Positions 53,848 to 64,000 of a stretch of 64,000 bases of DNA are shown piece after piece. Source of the DNA: Candidatus Eiseniibacteriota bacterium. Its GTDB lineage: Bacteria; Eisenbacteria; RBG-16-71-46; JABDJR01. A program made the translations under genes and the position numbers. The stretch spans positions 1 through 64,000 of the forward strand of contig CAVXKA010000001.1 of assembly GCA_963762255.1 (NCBI GenBank), written 5' to 3'. Positions within the stretch are counted from its first letter, which is position 1, and each line of letters starts with the position of its first letter. The notes under the pieces were generated by a model. It was given only the letters and a program-made list of their open reading frames with translations. It had not been told where the DNA came from and made no database searches.

Positions 53848-54702
53848 TCAGCCCAAGTACTCGCGCCGCAGGAGCTGGAAGTCCTCCCACACGACCCGCT
53901 TCCAGTCCGGGTTTCGCAAGAGCGCCGCGGGGTGATACGTCGAGAGCACGGGGATGCGGTCCTGATACTTGAGGATCTTCCCTCGCAGGCTGCCCATCGG
54001 CGCGCCGAGCTGGCCGGTCAGGAAACCGGCGGCGAATCGCCCGAGCGCGCAGATGATCTTCGGGTTCACGAGTTCGATCTGCTCCGCGAGGAAAGGCGTG
54101 CACGCGGCGATCTCGTCGGGATGCGGATCGCGGTTGTTGGGCGGGCGGCACTTGAGAATGTTGGCGATGTAGATCTCGTCGCGACGAAACCCCGCCGCGT
54201 CAAGGATCTGATCGAGGAGCTTTCCCGCGCGGCCGACGAAGGGCTCGCCGAGGCGGTCTTCATCCGCGCCGGGCGCCTCGCCGATGAACATCACGCGGTT
54301 CCGAGCGCGGCCGCGGCCGAAGACGACCTGTGTGCGCGTCGCGCAGAGCCCGCACTTCTCGCACCTGGAGGCGATCGCGGCAAGTGCGCCGAGCTGCGCC
54401 ATGCGCGCTTCGAAGTCCGGGGCGGCGGGCTCGATCTCGATGACCGAGAGCTTCTTGCCGCGGCTCTCCGCGGGGACGGCCGGCTGGGACGCCGCCGCGG
54501 CTTTCGCCGGGGCCGCGGGTCGCGCCGGGGCCGCGGGTCGCGCCGCCGCCGCGGGCCTTGCCGTACCCTCGACACGCGGGCGATCGAGCGCCTCGCGCAG
54601 CCCGGCCGAAGTCAGGTGCGTGCGGCCGCGATCCTTCTCGCGCTGCACGTGCGCGCAGAGCTCAGCGCTGAGCGCCGCGAGCTCGTCGCGTGGGTCGCTC
54701 AC
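53848..54702 (-). CDS. Uracil-DNA glycosylase family 4 (4Fe-4S)
   Basis: [41 protein letters not shown]. Confidence 0.93.
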   Translation of the reverse strand: MSDPRDELAALSAELCAHVQREKDRGRTHLTSAGLREALDRPRVEGTARPAAAARPAAPARPAAPAKAAAASQPAVPAESRGKKLSVIEIEPAAPDFEARMAQLGALAAIASRCEKCGLCATRTQVVFGRGRARNRVMFIGEAPGADEDRLGEPFVGRAGKLLDQILDAAGFRRDEIYIANILKCRPPNNRDPHPDEIAACTPFLAEQIELVNPKIICALGRFAAGFLTGQLGAPMGSLRGKILKYQDRIPVLSTYHPAALLRNPDWKRVVWEDFQLLRREYLG

Positions 54703-55942
54703 TGGGCGTCCTCCGAGGGGTCACGCTACGCCGCGCGACCACCCAATCGAGAATGCGTTGCGCCACTTCGCGCTTGGGCAGCACGGGCAGCCGCCGCCCC
54801 GTCTTGCCGCGCTCGAGAAGCCACACCACATTGGTGTCGCCGCCGATCGCCGCGCCCGGCACATTGGGGTTGTTGACCACGATGAGGTCGACGTTCTTGC
54901 GCTCGAGCTTCTCGCGTCCCTTCTCCTGCGGGTTCTCCGTTTCGAGGGCGAACCCGACCAGGATCTGCCCTTCGCGCCGCTGTCCGGCGAGCGCGGTCAG
55001 GATGTCGGGGTTCGCCTTGAGCGTCAGGTCGAGATCGCCCTTTCCGCGGTGGAGCTTGGTCGGGCTGACCTTCGCGGCGCGGAAGTCACCCACCGCGGCC
55101 GCCATCACCAGCACGTCGCACTCGGCAAAGAGCCGTTCGGCGGCGTCCGCGAGCTCGACCGCACTGCCGATGCGCTCGACGGAGACGCCCTCGGGGGGCG
55201 GCACGTCCATCGGCCCGGCCAGCAACGTCACATGAGCGCCTCGGGCCAGCGCCTCCTCGGCCAGCGCCACACCCATCTTGCCGCTCGATCGATTCGTGAT
55301 GACGCGCACCGAGTCCAACGGCTCCTCGGTGCGGCCCGCCGTGACGAGCACGCGCACGCCGGCCAGATCCTGCGGCGAACCGACCAACTCTACCACGCGG
55401 CCGAGAATCGCAGCCGGATCGGCCATGCGCCCGACCCCGTACTCGCGGCAGGCCATCCATCCTTCTTCGGGGTCGACGACCTGATGGCCGAGGCGGCGCA
55501 GCCGCGCGAGGTTGTCCTGCGTGATCGGGTTCTTCCACATGCGATGGTTCATGGCCGGAGCCCAGAGGATCTCGGTTCCCGCCGCCACGAGCACCGTGCT
55601 CAGGGCGTCGTCGGCGAGACCCCACGCGGCTTTCGCAAGCGTGTTGGCGGTGGCGGGAGCGACCACCACGAGGTCCGCATCCTTGACGATCTCGATGTGA
55701 TCGACGCCGGTGTCGTCGCTCTCACCGGTGGGCGCGCCGTCGCCGGCCCAGAGCGAGGTCAGCACCGGGTGCCCGGAAAGGGCGCGAAAGGTGAGCGGAG
55801 CGACGAAGCGCGCGGCCGCCGGCGTCATCACCACGCGCACGTCGGCGCCTTCCTGCATGAGCAGGCGCAGCAGCTCCGCCGCCTTGTACGCGGCGATCCC
55901 CCCGGTGACTCCGAGCACGATTCGTTTTCCCTTGAGCTTCAT
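54662..55942 (-). CDS. coaBC: Phosphopantothenoylcysteine decarboxylase/ligase
   Basis: [40 protein letters not shown]. Confidence 0.96.
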   Translation of the reverse strand: MKLKGKRIVLGVTGGIAAYKAAELLRLLMQEGADVRVVMTPAAARFVAPLTFRALSGHPVLTSLWAGDGAPTGESDDTGVDHIEIVKDADLVVVAPATANTLAKAAWGLADDALSTVLVAAGTEILWAPAMNHRMWKNPITQDNLARLRRLGHQVVDPEEGWMACREYGVGRMADPAAILGRVVELVGSPQDLAGVRVLVTAGRTEEPLDSVRVITNRSSGKMGVALAEEALARGAHVTLLAGPMDVPPPEGVSVERIGSAVELADAAERLFAECDVLVMAAAVGDFRAAKVSPTKLHRGKGDLDLTLKANPDILTALAGQRREGQILVGFALETENPQEKGREKLERKNVDLIVVNNPNVPGAAIGGDTNVVWLLERGKTGRRLPVLPKREVAQRILDWVVARRSVTPRRTPSERPTRRARGAQR

Positions 55943-56004
55943 GGCTTTCGTCCCGCCTCCGTTTCCGTTCGGCGCTCCGGGCGCCCCGACGAGCGCGCCC
56001 CACC

Positions 56005-56045
56005 CTCATAAAATAGCAAAAGGCCGGAGGGTTCACCTCCGGCCT
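56005..56045 (-). terminator. Intrinsic terminator after rpoZ
   Basis: AGGCCGGAGG-TGAAC-CCTCCGGCCTTTTGCTATTTT on the minus strand. Confidence 0.75.
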
Positions 56046-56077
56046 CGATCCGGCGCGCGAGGCGTCCGGCAAAGGGA

Positions 56078-56299
56078 TCAACCTTCGGAGTCGCCCATGT
56101 CCTCGCCGAAGGGGAGTTCAGGGGCGGTGGGCGCCTCGGGCCCCGCCTCTTCCCACGTGTACTTGATCTTGCCGTCGTGCAGGCGCTCCCAGGCGAGAAG
56201 GGTGGGGCGGCGCTTGAGTTCCCGCCCGTAGCTGCGGGCCACGTCGTTCAGGCGGCGCGCCTCGCGGGAGGCGATGACGACCATCTCGTATTTGTTCAT
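56078..56299 (-). CDS. rpoZ: RNA polymerase omega subunit
   Basis: NKYEMVVIASREARRLN..RPTLLA..GKIKY; conserved gmk-rpoZ-coaBC order. Confidence 0.8.
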   Translation of the reverse strand: MNKYEMVVIASREARRLNDVARSYGRELKRRPTLLAWERLHDGKIKYTWEEAGPEAPTAPELPFGEDMGDSEG

Positions 56300-56448
56300 C
56301 CGTGTCGAACCTCCGGTGGCTCGCGCGAGGAGATGCGCCGGGCCAGCGTGAAGGGAAAAATGCGGCCCAGTACTGTAGCAGGAGTGGGGACTCCGAGGCA
56401 AGCGATACGGCAGGGGGGAACGGAGTCCGACCGCTCCGACGGTAACTT

Positions 56449-57081
56449 CTATCCCCGCCCCTGGATGAGCCTCGCCACCCGCCCGCGCTCGGCCCGGATC
56501 ATGGCCGCCACGTCGCGTACGGCGCGCTGCAGGACGTCGTTGACCACGACGAAGTCATAGTGCCGCCACTCGGCCAGCTCGCGCGAGGCGTTGGCCAACC
56601 GCACCCGCATCTCGGCTTCGCTGTCGACCGCGCGCCCGCGCAGGCGCGCTTCCAGCGCGGCCATCGTGGGGGGCGCCACCAGCACCAGCACCGACTCCGG
56701 CATGAGGCGCTTCACGGAGTGACCGCCCTGCACGTCCACGTTCAGGATCGGGCACTTCCCCACCGCGAGCAACTCTTCGATGCGCGCACGCGGGGTGCCG
56801 TAGCGATGACCGTGCACCTCGGCCCATTCCAGAAAGTGGCCCTCCCGCACGCCCTCGTCGAACCGCTCCTCGGACCAGAAGTAGTAGTCCACACCGTCGT
56901 GCTCGTCGCCGCGCAACGGCCTCGTGGTGGCCGACACCGAACGCACCAGCGACGGATCGTCCGCGAGAAGGCCCTCGCAGATCACGCTCTTCCCCACCCC
57001 GCTCGGGCCGGAAATCACGATGACGAAAGGCGGGGCGGGCGGGATGCCGAGATGCGAGACGGGTTCGTGGGTGCTGGCCAT
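56449..57081 (-). CDS. gmk: Guanylate kinase
   Basis: SGPSGVGKS, SATTRP..GE.DGVDY, EWAEVHG..YGT. Confidence 0.96.
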   Translation of the reverse strand: MASTHEPVSHLGIPPAPPFVIVISGPSGVGKSVICEGLLADDPSLVRSVSATTRPLRGDEHDGVDYYFWSEERFDEGVREGHFLEWAEVHGHRYGTPRARIEELLAVGKCPILNVDVQGGHSVKRLMPESVLVLVAPPTMAALEARLRGRAVDSEAEMRVRLANASRELAEWRHYDFVVVNDVLQRAVRDVAAMIRAERGRVARLIQGRG

Positions 57082-57090
57082 GGCGCCCCG

Positions 57091-57972
57091 CTACTCGATG
57101 TTCTGAACTTGCTCGCGGACGATTTCGATCTCTTCCTTGAGCTGGATCGTGTCGCGAGCGATGGATGCGTCGTTGGCCTTGGAGCCGATCGTATTGGCCT
57201 CGCGGTTCATCTCCTGGGTGAGGAAGTTGAACTTGCGACCGACCGGGCCTCCCTCGCGGAGCAGCGCCTCGAACTGATCGATGTGCGAGCGCAACCGCAC
57301 GCACTCCTCGGTGCAGTCCATGCGATCCGCCTGGATCGCCGCTTCGATCAGGAGCCGGTCCTCGTCCACTTCGGCCTCGCCCTTCAGGATCTCGGCCACG
57401 CGCTGACGCATCCGCTCCTTCGCCTCGCGCACCCGCTCGGGGGCGCGGGTCTCCACCGAGGCCACCGCCGCTCGCATGCGCTCGAGGCGAGCGGTGAACT
57501 CCCTGGTGAGGGACTCCCCCTCCACCTCGCGCATCACGATGAGATCCTTGACCGCGCGGTCCACGCCGTCACGCAACAGGCTCCAGGCCTCTTTCGCGTC
57601 GAGATCGGGTTCGTTCCACACGAACACGTCGGGGAGCGAGGTGATCTGACCGAGGGTGACCGCCTCGCGGAAGCCGAACTTGCCGCGCAGCTCCTGCAGG
57701 ATGTCCACGTAGCGCTGCGCGAGATCGAAGTTGACCGAGAGAACGCCGCCTTCCTCGCTCGCCCCTTTCCACGAGACGGTGAGGTTGATCTTGCCGCGGG
57801 AGAGCATCTCCTGAAGGTGGGAGCGGAGCTTGTCCTCATGAGCTTGCAAGCCGCGGGGTAACCGCGAGGACAGCTCGAGGAATCGGTGGTTCACCGAGCG
57901 TACTTCGGCCACCAGGACGCGGCCGTTGCGCTCGACCTCGGCGCGGCCGAAGCCGGTCATGCTGCGGATCAC
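57091..57972 (-). CDS. yicC: YicC/YloC family endoribonuclease
   Basis: SMTGFG, SVNHRFL, RGK, EMNREANTIGSK, REQVQNIE. Confidence 0.95.
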   Translation of the reverse strand: MIRSMTGFGRAEVERNGRVLVAEVRSVNHRFLELSSRLPRGLQAHEDKLRSHLQEMLSRGKINLTVSWKGASEEGGVLSVNFDLAQRYVDILQELRGKFGFREAVTLGQITSLPDVFVWNEPDLDAKEAWSLLRDGVDRAVKDLIVMREVEGESLTREFTARLERMRAAVASVETRAPERVREAKERMRQRVAEILKGEAEVDEDRLLIEAAIQADRMDCTEECVRLRSHIDQFEALLREGGPVGRKFNFLTQEMNREANTIGSKANDASIARDTIQLKEEIEIVREQVQNIE

Positions 57973-58053
57973 GGAACCTCCTTATGTGGGTTCCGAAAAG
58001 CTACGCGGCCCCGCCGATCCTGTCAAACGAGGGGTTTGCTAGACTCTGTCCGC

Positions 58054-59805
58054 ATGAACAGTCTCGTATTGCGCGCCGTGGCGGCGGAGCTCCATCCCTA
58101 CCGCGGTCTTCGCGTCGAACGCATCGCCGCCGCCGATCCGTGGGAGTTCCACATCGTCCTCGAGAAGGGCGCGGTGCTGGTGGCGTGCGTGCATCCGGAG
58201 CACAACGCGCTCTTTCCCGCGCCGTCCGACGCGGTCCCCGCCGAGGCCTCGGCGGGGTTCACGCACGCATTGCACAAGTTCCTGGACGGCTGCCGGTTCG
58301 CCGGTGCGACGCAGGCCGGATTGGACCGCGTGATCGCACTCGCCTTCGAGCGGCGCGACCGACTCGGGGATGCCAAGCTCTGCCACCTGGTGCTGGAGCT
58401 CACCGGCAAGGGAGGCAATCTCGTGCTGGTGGACGGTCCGGAACCGTGGTCGGGCAAGATCCTCGATCGTTTGCGCGAGGAGCGATCGCATCGCTCCCCT
58501 CGCCGACTTGCTCCGGGTGAGCGCTACGCGCCACCGGCCGGACGTCGCGCCGACGCCGCGAAGGACGACGCCGAACATCTCGCGGCCGCGCTCGCCGAAT
58601 CGTTCAAGACTCGCGGTGCTTCGCCGCGCGCGCTGGTGGACGCGTGGGTCGGCCTGGGGCCGATCACCGCGGAGGAGGTCTGGAGGCTGGCCGGCGCTTC
58701 GACCGATCCCGAGCTTCTCGCGCGGACCTGGCTCGCGTTTGCGCGCGACACCGCGCCCGGAGGGCCGCGTTTCCAGCCCGTCGTGATCGCGCCGTCCGAC
58801 GGACGCGCGGAAGCGTCCTGCTTTCGGCCGAGCGAAGCAACGCAGCATGCCCTGGGGCTCACGATCGGGCACGAATACCCCACCGCGGCCGCTGCGGTGG
58901 CCGCGTCGCATCGCGCGTTTCGCCGGCGCGTCGAGGGCGAGACGCACGCACCGCTCCTGCGTCCGGTGCGCCAGGCGGTGGAGCGCACCGAGCGCGCGAT
59001 CGTCTCGCTGGATGCGGACGTGAGTGACGCAGCGAATGCCCCGCTCTGGCGGCGCATGGGCGAGGCGATCCTCGCTTCCACGCAATCGCTCCCGCGGGGA
59101 ACGACGCAGGCGTCGGTCACCGATCACCACAGCGGAGAAACGCTGGAGGTCGCGCTCGACCCCTCGCTGAGCGCGAACGAAAACGCCGATCGCTATTTTC
59201 AGCGCGCGCGCAAGGCGGATGCGGCGCAGGGCCAGCTTCCCCGGCGCCGGCGCGAACTCGAGAAGCGATTGGAGGCTCTGCGGGGTCTGGCCCGCGATCT
59301 CGACGCGGCGCCCGGCGGCGTGCCCGATCGCGAGTGGGTGGAGCGCGCGGGGAACCTCGGCGTGAAGCTCCCCGAGGAGGAGATCCCGGCCTTCGAGGAC
59401 GCGCAGCCCGAAGAAAAGGTCGCCTCCGCGCTACGCCCCCGGCGCTACGATCTGGGCGACGGGTGGGAAGCGCTGGTGGGCAAGAGCAACCGGGGAAACG
59501 AGGTGCTCACCCACGAGATCGCCAAGCCGCAAGACACGTGGATGCACGCGGACCAGTCGCCGGGTTCCCACGTGGTGCTCCGCCATCACGAGAAGGGCAG
59601 GGAGCCGACGCGGGACGTGGTGCTACGAGCGGCTGCGATCGCGGCCCACTTTTCGAAGGCGCGCACCTCGGGCAAGGTCTCGATCCTCGTAACGCTCAAG
59701 AAGCACGTACACAAGCCGCGCCGCGCGCCGGTGGGCACGGTCACGGTAGGACAGCACAAGACGGTCATGGTCTCGCCCATGGATCCGGACAAGAGGAAGG
59801 GATGA
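58054..59805 (+). CDS. rqcH: NFACT/RqcH (FbpA-like) ribosome quality control protein
   Basis: LDRV (DR motif), ELTGKGGN, LDPSLSANENA..YF, GKSNRGNE, WMHA..PGSHVV, HFSKAR. Confidence 0.85.
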   Translation: MNSLVLRAVAAELHPYRGLRVERIAAADPWEFHIVLEKGAVLVACVHPEHNALFPAPSDAVPAEASAGFTHALHKFLDGCRFAGATQAGLDRVIALAFERRDRLGDAKLCHLVLELTGKGGNLVLVDGPEPWSGKILDRLREERSHRSPRRLAPGERYAPPAGRRADAAKDDAEHLAAALAESFKTRGASPRALVDAWVGLGPITAEEVWRLAGASTDPELLARTWLAFARDTAPGGPRFQPVVIAPSDGRAEASCFRPSEATQHALGLTIGHEYPTAAAAVAASHRAFRRRVEGETHAPLLRPVRQAVERTERAIVSLDADVSDAANAPLWRRMGEAILASTQSLPRGTTQASVTDHHSGETLEVALDPSLSANENADRYFQRARKADAAQGQLPRRRRELEKRLEALRGLARDLDAAPGGVPDREWVERAGNLGVKLPEEEIPAFEDAQPEEKVASALRPRRYDLGDGWEALVGKSNRGNEVLTHEIAKPQDTWMHADQSPGSHVVLRHHEKGREPTRDVVLRAAAIAAHFSKARTSGKVSILVTLKKHVHKPRRAPVGTVTVGQHKTVMVSPMDPDKRKG

Positions 59806-61217
59806 GCATGAATGCCCGCACCCTCGGATGCGCTCTGATGCTGGCCGCTGCAGCGGGCTGCGGGGGCGACGGTCCGACCTCGAGCAAGAACCGCCCTCCG
59901 GAGATCCGCGACGTGGTGGTGGCCCCGCAATCGGTCGTCCTGGGCGGTCAGGTTCGGGCAACCGTGCTCACAGCGGATCCGAACGGAGACCCGGTGACCG
60001 TGCTCTGGCGCGCGGCGGCGGGCACCTTCGACAACACCGCCGTCGTCTCGGCAGTGTGGTCCGCTCCTGAAGTGCCGGGCGACTACTCCCTGATCGTCAC
60101 GGCTGCCGACGCGGAGTTCACCGTCACCGACTCCGTCTTGGTGCAGGTGGGTAACTCATCGCTGGTGGTGCTCTCCGAGCCCCCCGGCGCCTTCATCGAA
60201 CTGGACGGCCAGCCGCTGGGCGCGCGCACGCCGCACCGTTTCCCGCTGATCGCCGCGGGGTTCCATACGATCCGGCTGACCAACCCGTATTACGAGTACG
60301 ATCGTGCCGGGATCTCGTTGGAACTCGTGCACGGACGCGAGGACAGCGTTCGTTTCGAGACCGCTGCCGCCGCGACCTCGACTCTCAATCTTGGCCGCAC
60401 GGACCTTATCGAGATCGGCGGCATCGCCTTCCTCCCGGGAGGAACCGGGCTCATCTACACGGGCCGCACGGAGTCCGGCACCGGGATCTTCAATACCACC
60501 CTGAGCCCGGTTCCCAAGCCCGGCAACGGCGCGCTCCTCATCGCCGACGTGCGGCTGAACGAGCCGCTGGCGGTCTCTCCCGACGGCACCCGGATCGTGT
60601 TCGTGCTGGCGGACGGTCGTCTCGCGGTCGCGCGCGTCCGCGACGACCAGAGCGACGGGATCCTGGACGAGGTCGCCGACATCCGGCTCCTCGATTTCAG
60701 CTCGCGGTACGGGCCCGCGTTCTCCTCCGACGGCCGCATCGCGTTCACGAGCACACCGTCGGACGAACCGGCGGGAGCGCCCATCTTCTGGAGCACGTTC
60801 CAGGACACCGTGCTCTCGGGGATTCGTCTGGCCACCACGACCGTGGGGAAGATCCCGACATGGGAACCCGACTCCGATCGTCTCGCCTACGCACGCGACG
60901 GCGTCATCGTGTACACGTCGGTGGACGAGTCGGCGCTCTCGCCTTCGGACACGCTGGTTGCGGACGGCTATAGCACCGCGCCGGCTTGGGGTCCGTACGG
61001 TCCCAAGCACGTTGCGTTCCTTGCGGGCGAATCCGAGGATCAGGTCCACAAAGTGCGCTTGGCCGCCGTCGGCACGCCCTACGCGCTCACGCTGGTGGAG
61101 GGTATCGATGACCCGCGGTTTCTAGCCTGGAGCCCGACGCAACGCATGATCGCGCTCACGCGAAACCGCGCCGGACACGGCGAAGTGGTCCTGATCTCGG
61201 GGCTGCCGATTCCCTAG
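59802..61217 (+). CDS. Lipoprotein with Ig-like, PEGA and TolB-like propeller domains
   Basis: Lipobox AAGC, NRPP, SEPPGAFIELDG..TP, SPDG/PAW repeats. Confidence 0.75.
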   Translation: MSMNARTLGCALMLAAAAGCGGDGPTSSKNRPPEIRDVVVAPQSVVLGGQVRATVLTADPNGDPVTVLWRAAAGTFDNTAVVSAVWSAPEVPGDYSLIVTAADAEFTVTDSVLVQVGNSSLVVLSEPPGAFIELDGQPLGARTPHRFPLIAAGFHTIRLTNPYYEYDRAGISLELVHGREDSVRFETAAAATSTLNLGRTDLIEIGGIAFLPGGTGLIYTGRTESGTGIFNTTLSPVPKPGNGALLIADVRLNEPLAVSPDGTRIVFVLADGRLAVARVRDDQSDGILDEVADIRLLDFSSRYGPAFSSDGRIAFTSTPSDEPAGAPIFWSTFQDTVLSGIRLATTTVGKIPTWEPDSDRLAYARDGVIVYTSVDESALSPSDTLVADGYSTAPAWGPYGPKHVAFLAGESEDQVHKVRLAAVGTPYALTLVEGIDDPRFLAWSPTQRMIALTRNRAGHGEVVLISGLPIP

Positions 61218-61226
61218 CGCGCGGAC

Positions 61227-62243
61227 CTACGCGTTTCGGAAGGTCAGATACTCTTCGACGTCTTCCGTGCTCCCGATCACGAGCGGGATGCGCTGGTGGA
61301 GTTGCACCGGTTCGACGTCCATGATGCGACCCTGCCCGTCCAGCGCCATCCCTCCCGCCTGCTCCACGATCCAGGCCAGTGGCGACGCTTCGTAGAGGAG
61401 CCGCAGCTTCCCCTGGGGATGCTTGCGGTCGGCGGGGTAGAGATAGATGCCGCCGTAGAGCAGGGTGCGGTGGAAGTCGGCGACGAGGCTGCCGATGTAG
61501 CGCGACTTGTAGGGATGCCCCTTGTCGTCCTCGCTCCGCAGATGCTCGATGTAACGTTGCGTTCCCTTGTCCCAGCGGGCGAAGTTCCCCTCGTTGACAC
61601 TGTAGATGCTCCCCCGCGAGGGGATGCGGATGGTTTCGTGGCTCATCAGGAACTCACCCACGCTCGGGTCGTACGTGAACCCGTGCACGCCCTGGCCGGT
61701 GGTATAGACCAGCATCGTGCTGGACCCGTAGACGAAGTACCCGGCGCAGACCTGCTTGCGGCCCGGCTGCATGCAGTCGCGTTCCGACCCGTTTCCATCG
61801 CCCGGGGTGACGCGCTTGTGGATCGAGAAGATCGTCCCGATCGAGACGTTGGCGTCGATGTTGGACGACCCGTCCAGCGGGTCGAAGTTCAGCGCGTACT
61901 TCCCGCAGGGGTACTGATCCGGGATGTGGAGGATCGCCTCGTTCTCCTCCGACGCCATGACGCACAGAAGCCCGCAGTGATCGAGGGCCTGGAACATGGC
62001 GCGGTCGGCGAACTCGTCGAGCTTCATCACCTCCTCGCCCTGGATGTTCACCTGCCCGGTCTTGCCGAGCACTTCGAGGAGTCCCGCCTTGCTCACCTCG
62101 CGGTAGATGAGCTTGGCGGCCAGGATGATCTCGCTGAGCAGGTTCGACAGCTCGCCGGTCGCCTGCGGGTACAGGCGCTCCTGTTCCATGATGTATCGGG
62201 CGACGGTTACGACTTTCCCTTGCATCTCGCGAGAGAGCGCCAT
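61227..62243 (-). CDS. fbp: Class 1 fructose-1,6-bisphosphatase
   Basis: MASEE, FDPLDGSSN, YSVNEGN, RYIGSLVADFHR, KLRLLYEA. Confidence 0.96.
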   Translation of the reverse strand: MALSREMQGKVVTVARYIMEQERLYPQATGELSNLLSEIILAAKLIYREVSKAGLLEVLGKTGQVNIQGEEVMKLDEFADRAMFQALDHCGLLCVMASEENEAILHIPDQYPCGKYALNFDPLDGSSNIDANVSIGTIFSIHKRVTPGDGNGSERDCMQPGRKQVCAGYFVYGSSTMLVYTTGQGVHGFTYDPSVGEFLMSHETIRIPSRGSIYSVNEGNFARWDKGTQRYIEHLRSEDDKGHPYKSRYIGSLVADFHRTLLYGGIYLYPADRKHPQGKLRLLYEASPLAWIVEQAGGMALDGQGRIMDVEPVQLHQRIPLVIGSTEDVEEYLTFRNA

Positions 62244-62274
62244 GGGGATCCTCCTGGCCGCCTCGGCCAACCGG

Positions 62275-63621
62275 TCAGAGCGTTTTTTGGATTGCCCGAT
62301 CGAGAATCTCGATACCGCGCGTGATCTCGGCGTCGGTGACGTTGAGCGTGGGCCGGAACCGGACGGATCGGGTCCCGCAAGCCAGGGCCAGGAGCCCGTT
62401 GTCGCGAGCCGTGGCCAGCACGCTTCCGCGCACGTCGGCGTCGGGAAGGTCGAACGCCGCCATGAGCCCCCGCGCCCGCGCCTGGGTCACGCCGGCATGG
62501 CGGGACTCGAGGTCGCGCAGGCCCTTGAGCAGCGTCTCACCGCGCCGTCGCGCGTTCTCGACGAGGTTCTCTTCCTCGATGATCTCCAGGTATCGGTGCC
62601 CGCGCACCATGTCGACCAGATTCCCGCCCCAGGTGGAGTTGATACGACTCGATTCGACGAACACGTTGCGATCGACTTCATCGAACCGCTTGCCGGCGAT
62701 GAAGCCGCAGATCTGGAGCTTCTTGCCGAAGGCCACCGCGTCGGGTTCCACCCCCTGGAAATGCTCGTAGCACCAGAACTTCCCGGTGAGGCCGACGCCG
62801 GTCTGCACCTCGTCGAAGATGAGGATGAACTCGAACTCGTCGGCCAGCCGGCGCAGCTCGCGCAGGAACTCGCCGCGGAAGTGATTGTCGCCGCCTTCTC
62901 CCTGGATCGGCTCGATGATGAGGGCGGCGATGTCGTCCCCGTAGCGCGCGCACGCCTCGCGGATTTCCGCCACCGCGCGCTTCTCCGCCGCGGCCACCAG
63001 ATCGGTGTTCGCTTCGTTCATCGGGAACACGCACTTGGGGTTGTCGATCCGAGGCCAGTCGAACTTCGGGAAGTACATCGTCTTCCGCGGATCGGCGGTG
63101 TTGGTCATGCTGAGCGTGTACCCGGTCCGGCCGTGGAACGCCTGCCGGAAGTGGATGACTCGGCTGCCAAGCTCGCTGCGGATGCCCTTGGCCAGGTTCT
63201 TCCGCACCTTCCAGTCGAACGACGCCTTGAGCGTGTTTTCCACGCCAAGCGCGCCGCCGGCCACGAAGAAGGCGTGCGGCAGATAGGGACGCTGGGCGAG
63301 CCGCCGGAACGTCTCGACGAACTCCGCGTACTCGACGGTGTAGACGTCGCTGTTGGCAGGATTCGCGATCGCCGCCCGCATGAGCTTCTCCAGGAACTCG
63401 GGCTCCCTCATCCGTGGGTGGTTGTGCCCGACGGGGAGGCTGGCGAAGTAGGTGTAGAAGTCGAGGTACTCCTTGCCGTCGCGGGCGTCGACGAGGATGG
63501 AGCCGTGGCTCTTCTCGAGGTCGACTACCACATGGTAGCCGTCGACCAGAATGGACTTCTTGAGGCTGTCGAGAACCGCCTCCGGGGCGACGCGAGTGCG
63601 AATATCGGTGGGCGTCGTCAT
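62275..63621 (-). CDS. lat: L-lysine 6-transaminase (class III aminotransferase)
   Basis: GGALGVENTLKASFDWK, AFHGRTGY, EPIQGEGGDNH, DEVQTG, FGKK, SRINSTWGGN. Confidence 0.92.
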   Translation of the reverse strand: MTTPTDIRTRVAPEAVLDSLKKSILVDGYHVVVDLEKSHGSILVDARDGKEYLDFYTYFASLPVGHNHPRMREPEFLEKLMRAAIANPANSDVYTVEYAEFVETFRRLAQRPYLPHAFFVAGGALGVENTLKASFDWKVRKNLAKGIRSELGSRVIHFRQAFHGRTGYTLSMTNTADPRKTMYFPKFDWPRIDNPKCVFPMNEANTDLVAAAEKRAVAEIREACARYGDDIAALIIEPIQGEGGDNHFRGEFLRELRRLADEFEFILIFDEVQTGVGLTGKFWCYEHFQGVEPDAVAFGKKLQICGFIAGKRFDEVDRNVFVESSRINSTWGGNLVDMVRGHRYLEIIEEENLVENARRRGETLLKGLRDLESRHAGVTQARARGLMAAFDLPDADVRGSVLATARDNGLLALACGTRSVRFRPTLNVTDAEITRGIEILDRAIQKTL

Positions 63622-63750
63622 AGGATTTCCTTTCCGCTACGGAACGCATCGGGTTCCGAAAACACGGCGGGCCGGGGCCCGCGCAATTCGAAGGCGAACC
63701 GGACGCTCACGAGCGCCGGCGCTGTCGATCGGCTGGTGGGCCGCTGGGGG

Positions 63751-63831
63751 CTAGCCCCAACCCCGGAAAGGGGAATACCGGAACGAGGTCGCAGGCTTGA
63801 GGATGTTGAATGTCAGAAGGCTCGACTGCAT
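63751..63831 (-). CDS. Candidate 26-aa leader peptide upstream of lat
   Basis: SD GAGGTG; MQSSLLTFNILKPATSFRYSPFRGWG*; promoter TGGACC-N18-TATTAT about 30 nt upstream. Confidence 0.5.
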   Translation of the reverse strand: MQSSLLTFNILKPATSFRYSPFRGWG

Positions 63832-63861
63832 GGCGCCACCTCGACCGGAAAAGTGAACTCA

Positions 63862-63891
63862 ATAATACCAGGAAACGGGAGGGCCGGTCCA
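63862..63891 (-). promoter_or_regulatory. Sigma70 promoter for the lat leader
   Basis: Extended -10 TGGTATTAT and -35 TGGACC. Confidence 0.55.
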
Positions 63892-64000
63892 CCCCTCGGG
63901 TATCGGCAGGCATCGCCGCAAGCTTTTGCGGGATAGTCGATTAGACCATAATGGCCGGGGGTTTCAGAGGGGAAGAGAGGACTACGTCGACCGATAGTTG

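Noticed and set aside
54495-54560. Short direct repeats GCCGCGGGTCGCGCC
   Set aside because: They encode the Pro/Ala linker of the UDG.
45350-64000. Right-hand segment as a horizontally acquired island
   Set aside because: It is core housekeeping content with no integrase, att site or IS; an assembly or concatenation join is more likely.

Overview
High-GC bacterial DNA that is almost certainly a mosaic of three sources. (A) 1-~2565, minus strand: a truncated M56/M48 peptidase, a membrane protein and a NarX-type histidine kinase with a CxxCH motif. (B) ~2565-~45400: a monoderm actinobacterium-like segment (Thermoleophilia-like by my inference) with many single-base frameshifts typical of unpolished long reads. 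It carries a cobalamin riboswitch driving a THI5/NMT1-type ABC transporter, a DUF362/polyferredoxin/Crp-Fnr cluster, an FNR-box-controlled ferredoxin plus a CODH-fold protein with hybrid-cluster-like ligands, recQ, rlmKL, hemE-hemH-hemY and many secreted proteins sharing basic C-terminal Ig-like domains. (C) ~45450-64000: frameshift-free housekeeping DNA of a diderm, FCB-like organism (yicC-gmk-rpoZ-coaBC-udg-dnaB-mlaEFD-radA-ispDF-ddl, rqcH, fbp, lat). It has a DnaA-box cluster upstream of dnaB and a 26-codon leader ORF upstream of lat. No CRISPR, rRNA, tRNA or mobile element was seen. Best novelty candidates are the Crp/Fnr-ferredoxin-CooS-V-like module, the B12-controlled THI5-like importer, the shared C-terminal sorting/anchoring domain and the lat leader peptide. 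All calls are by eye, without database searches.
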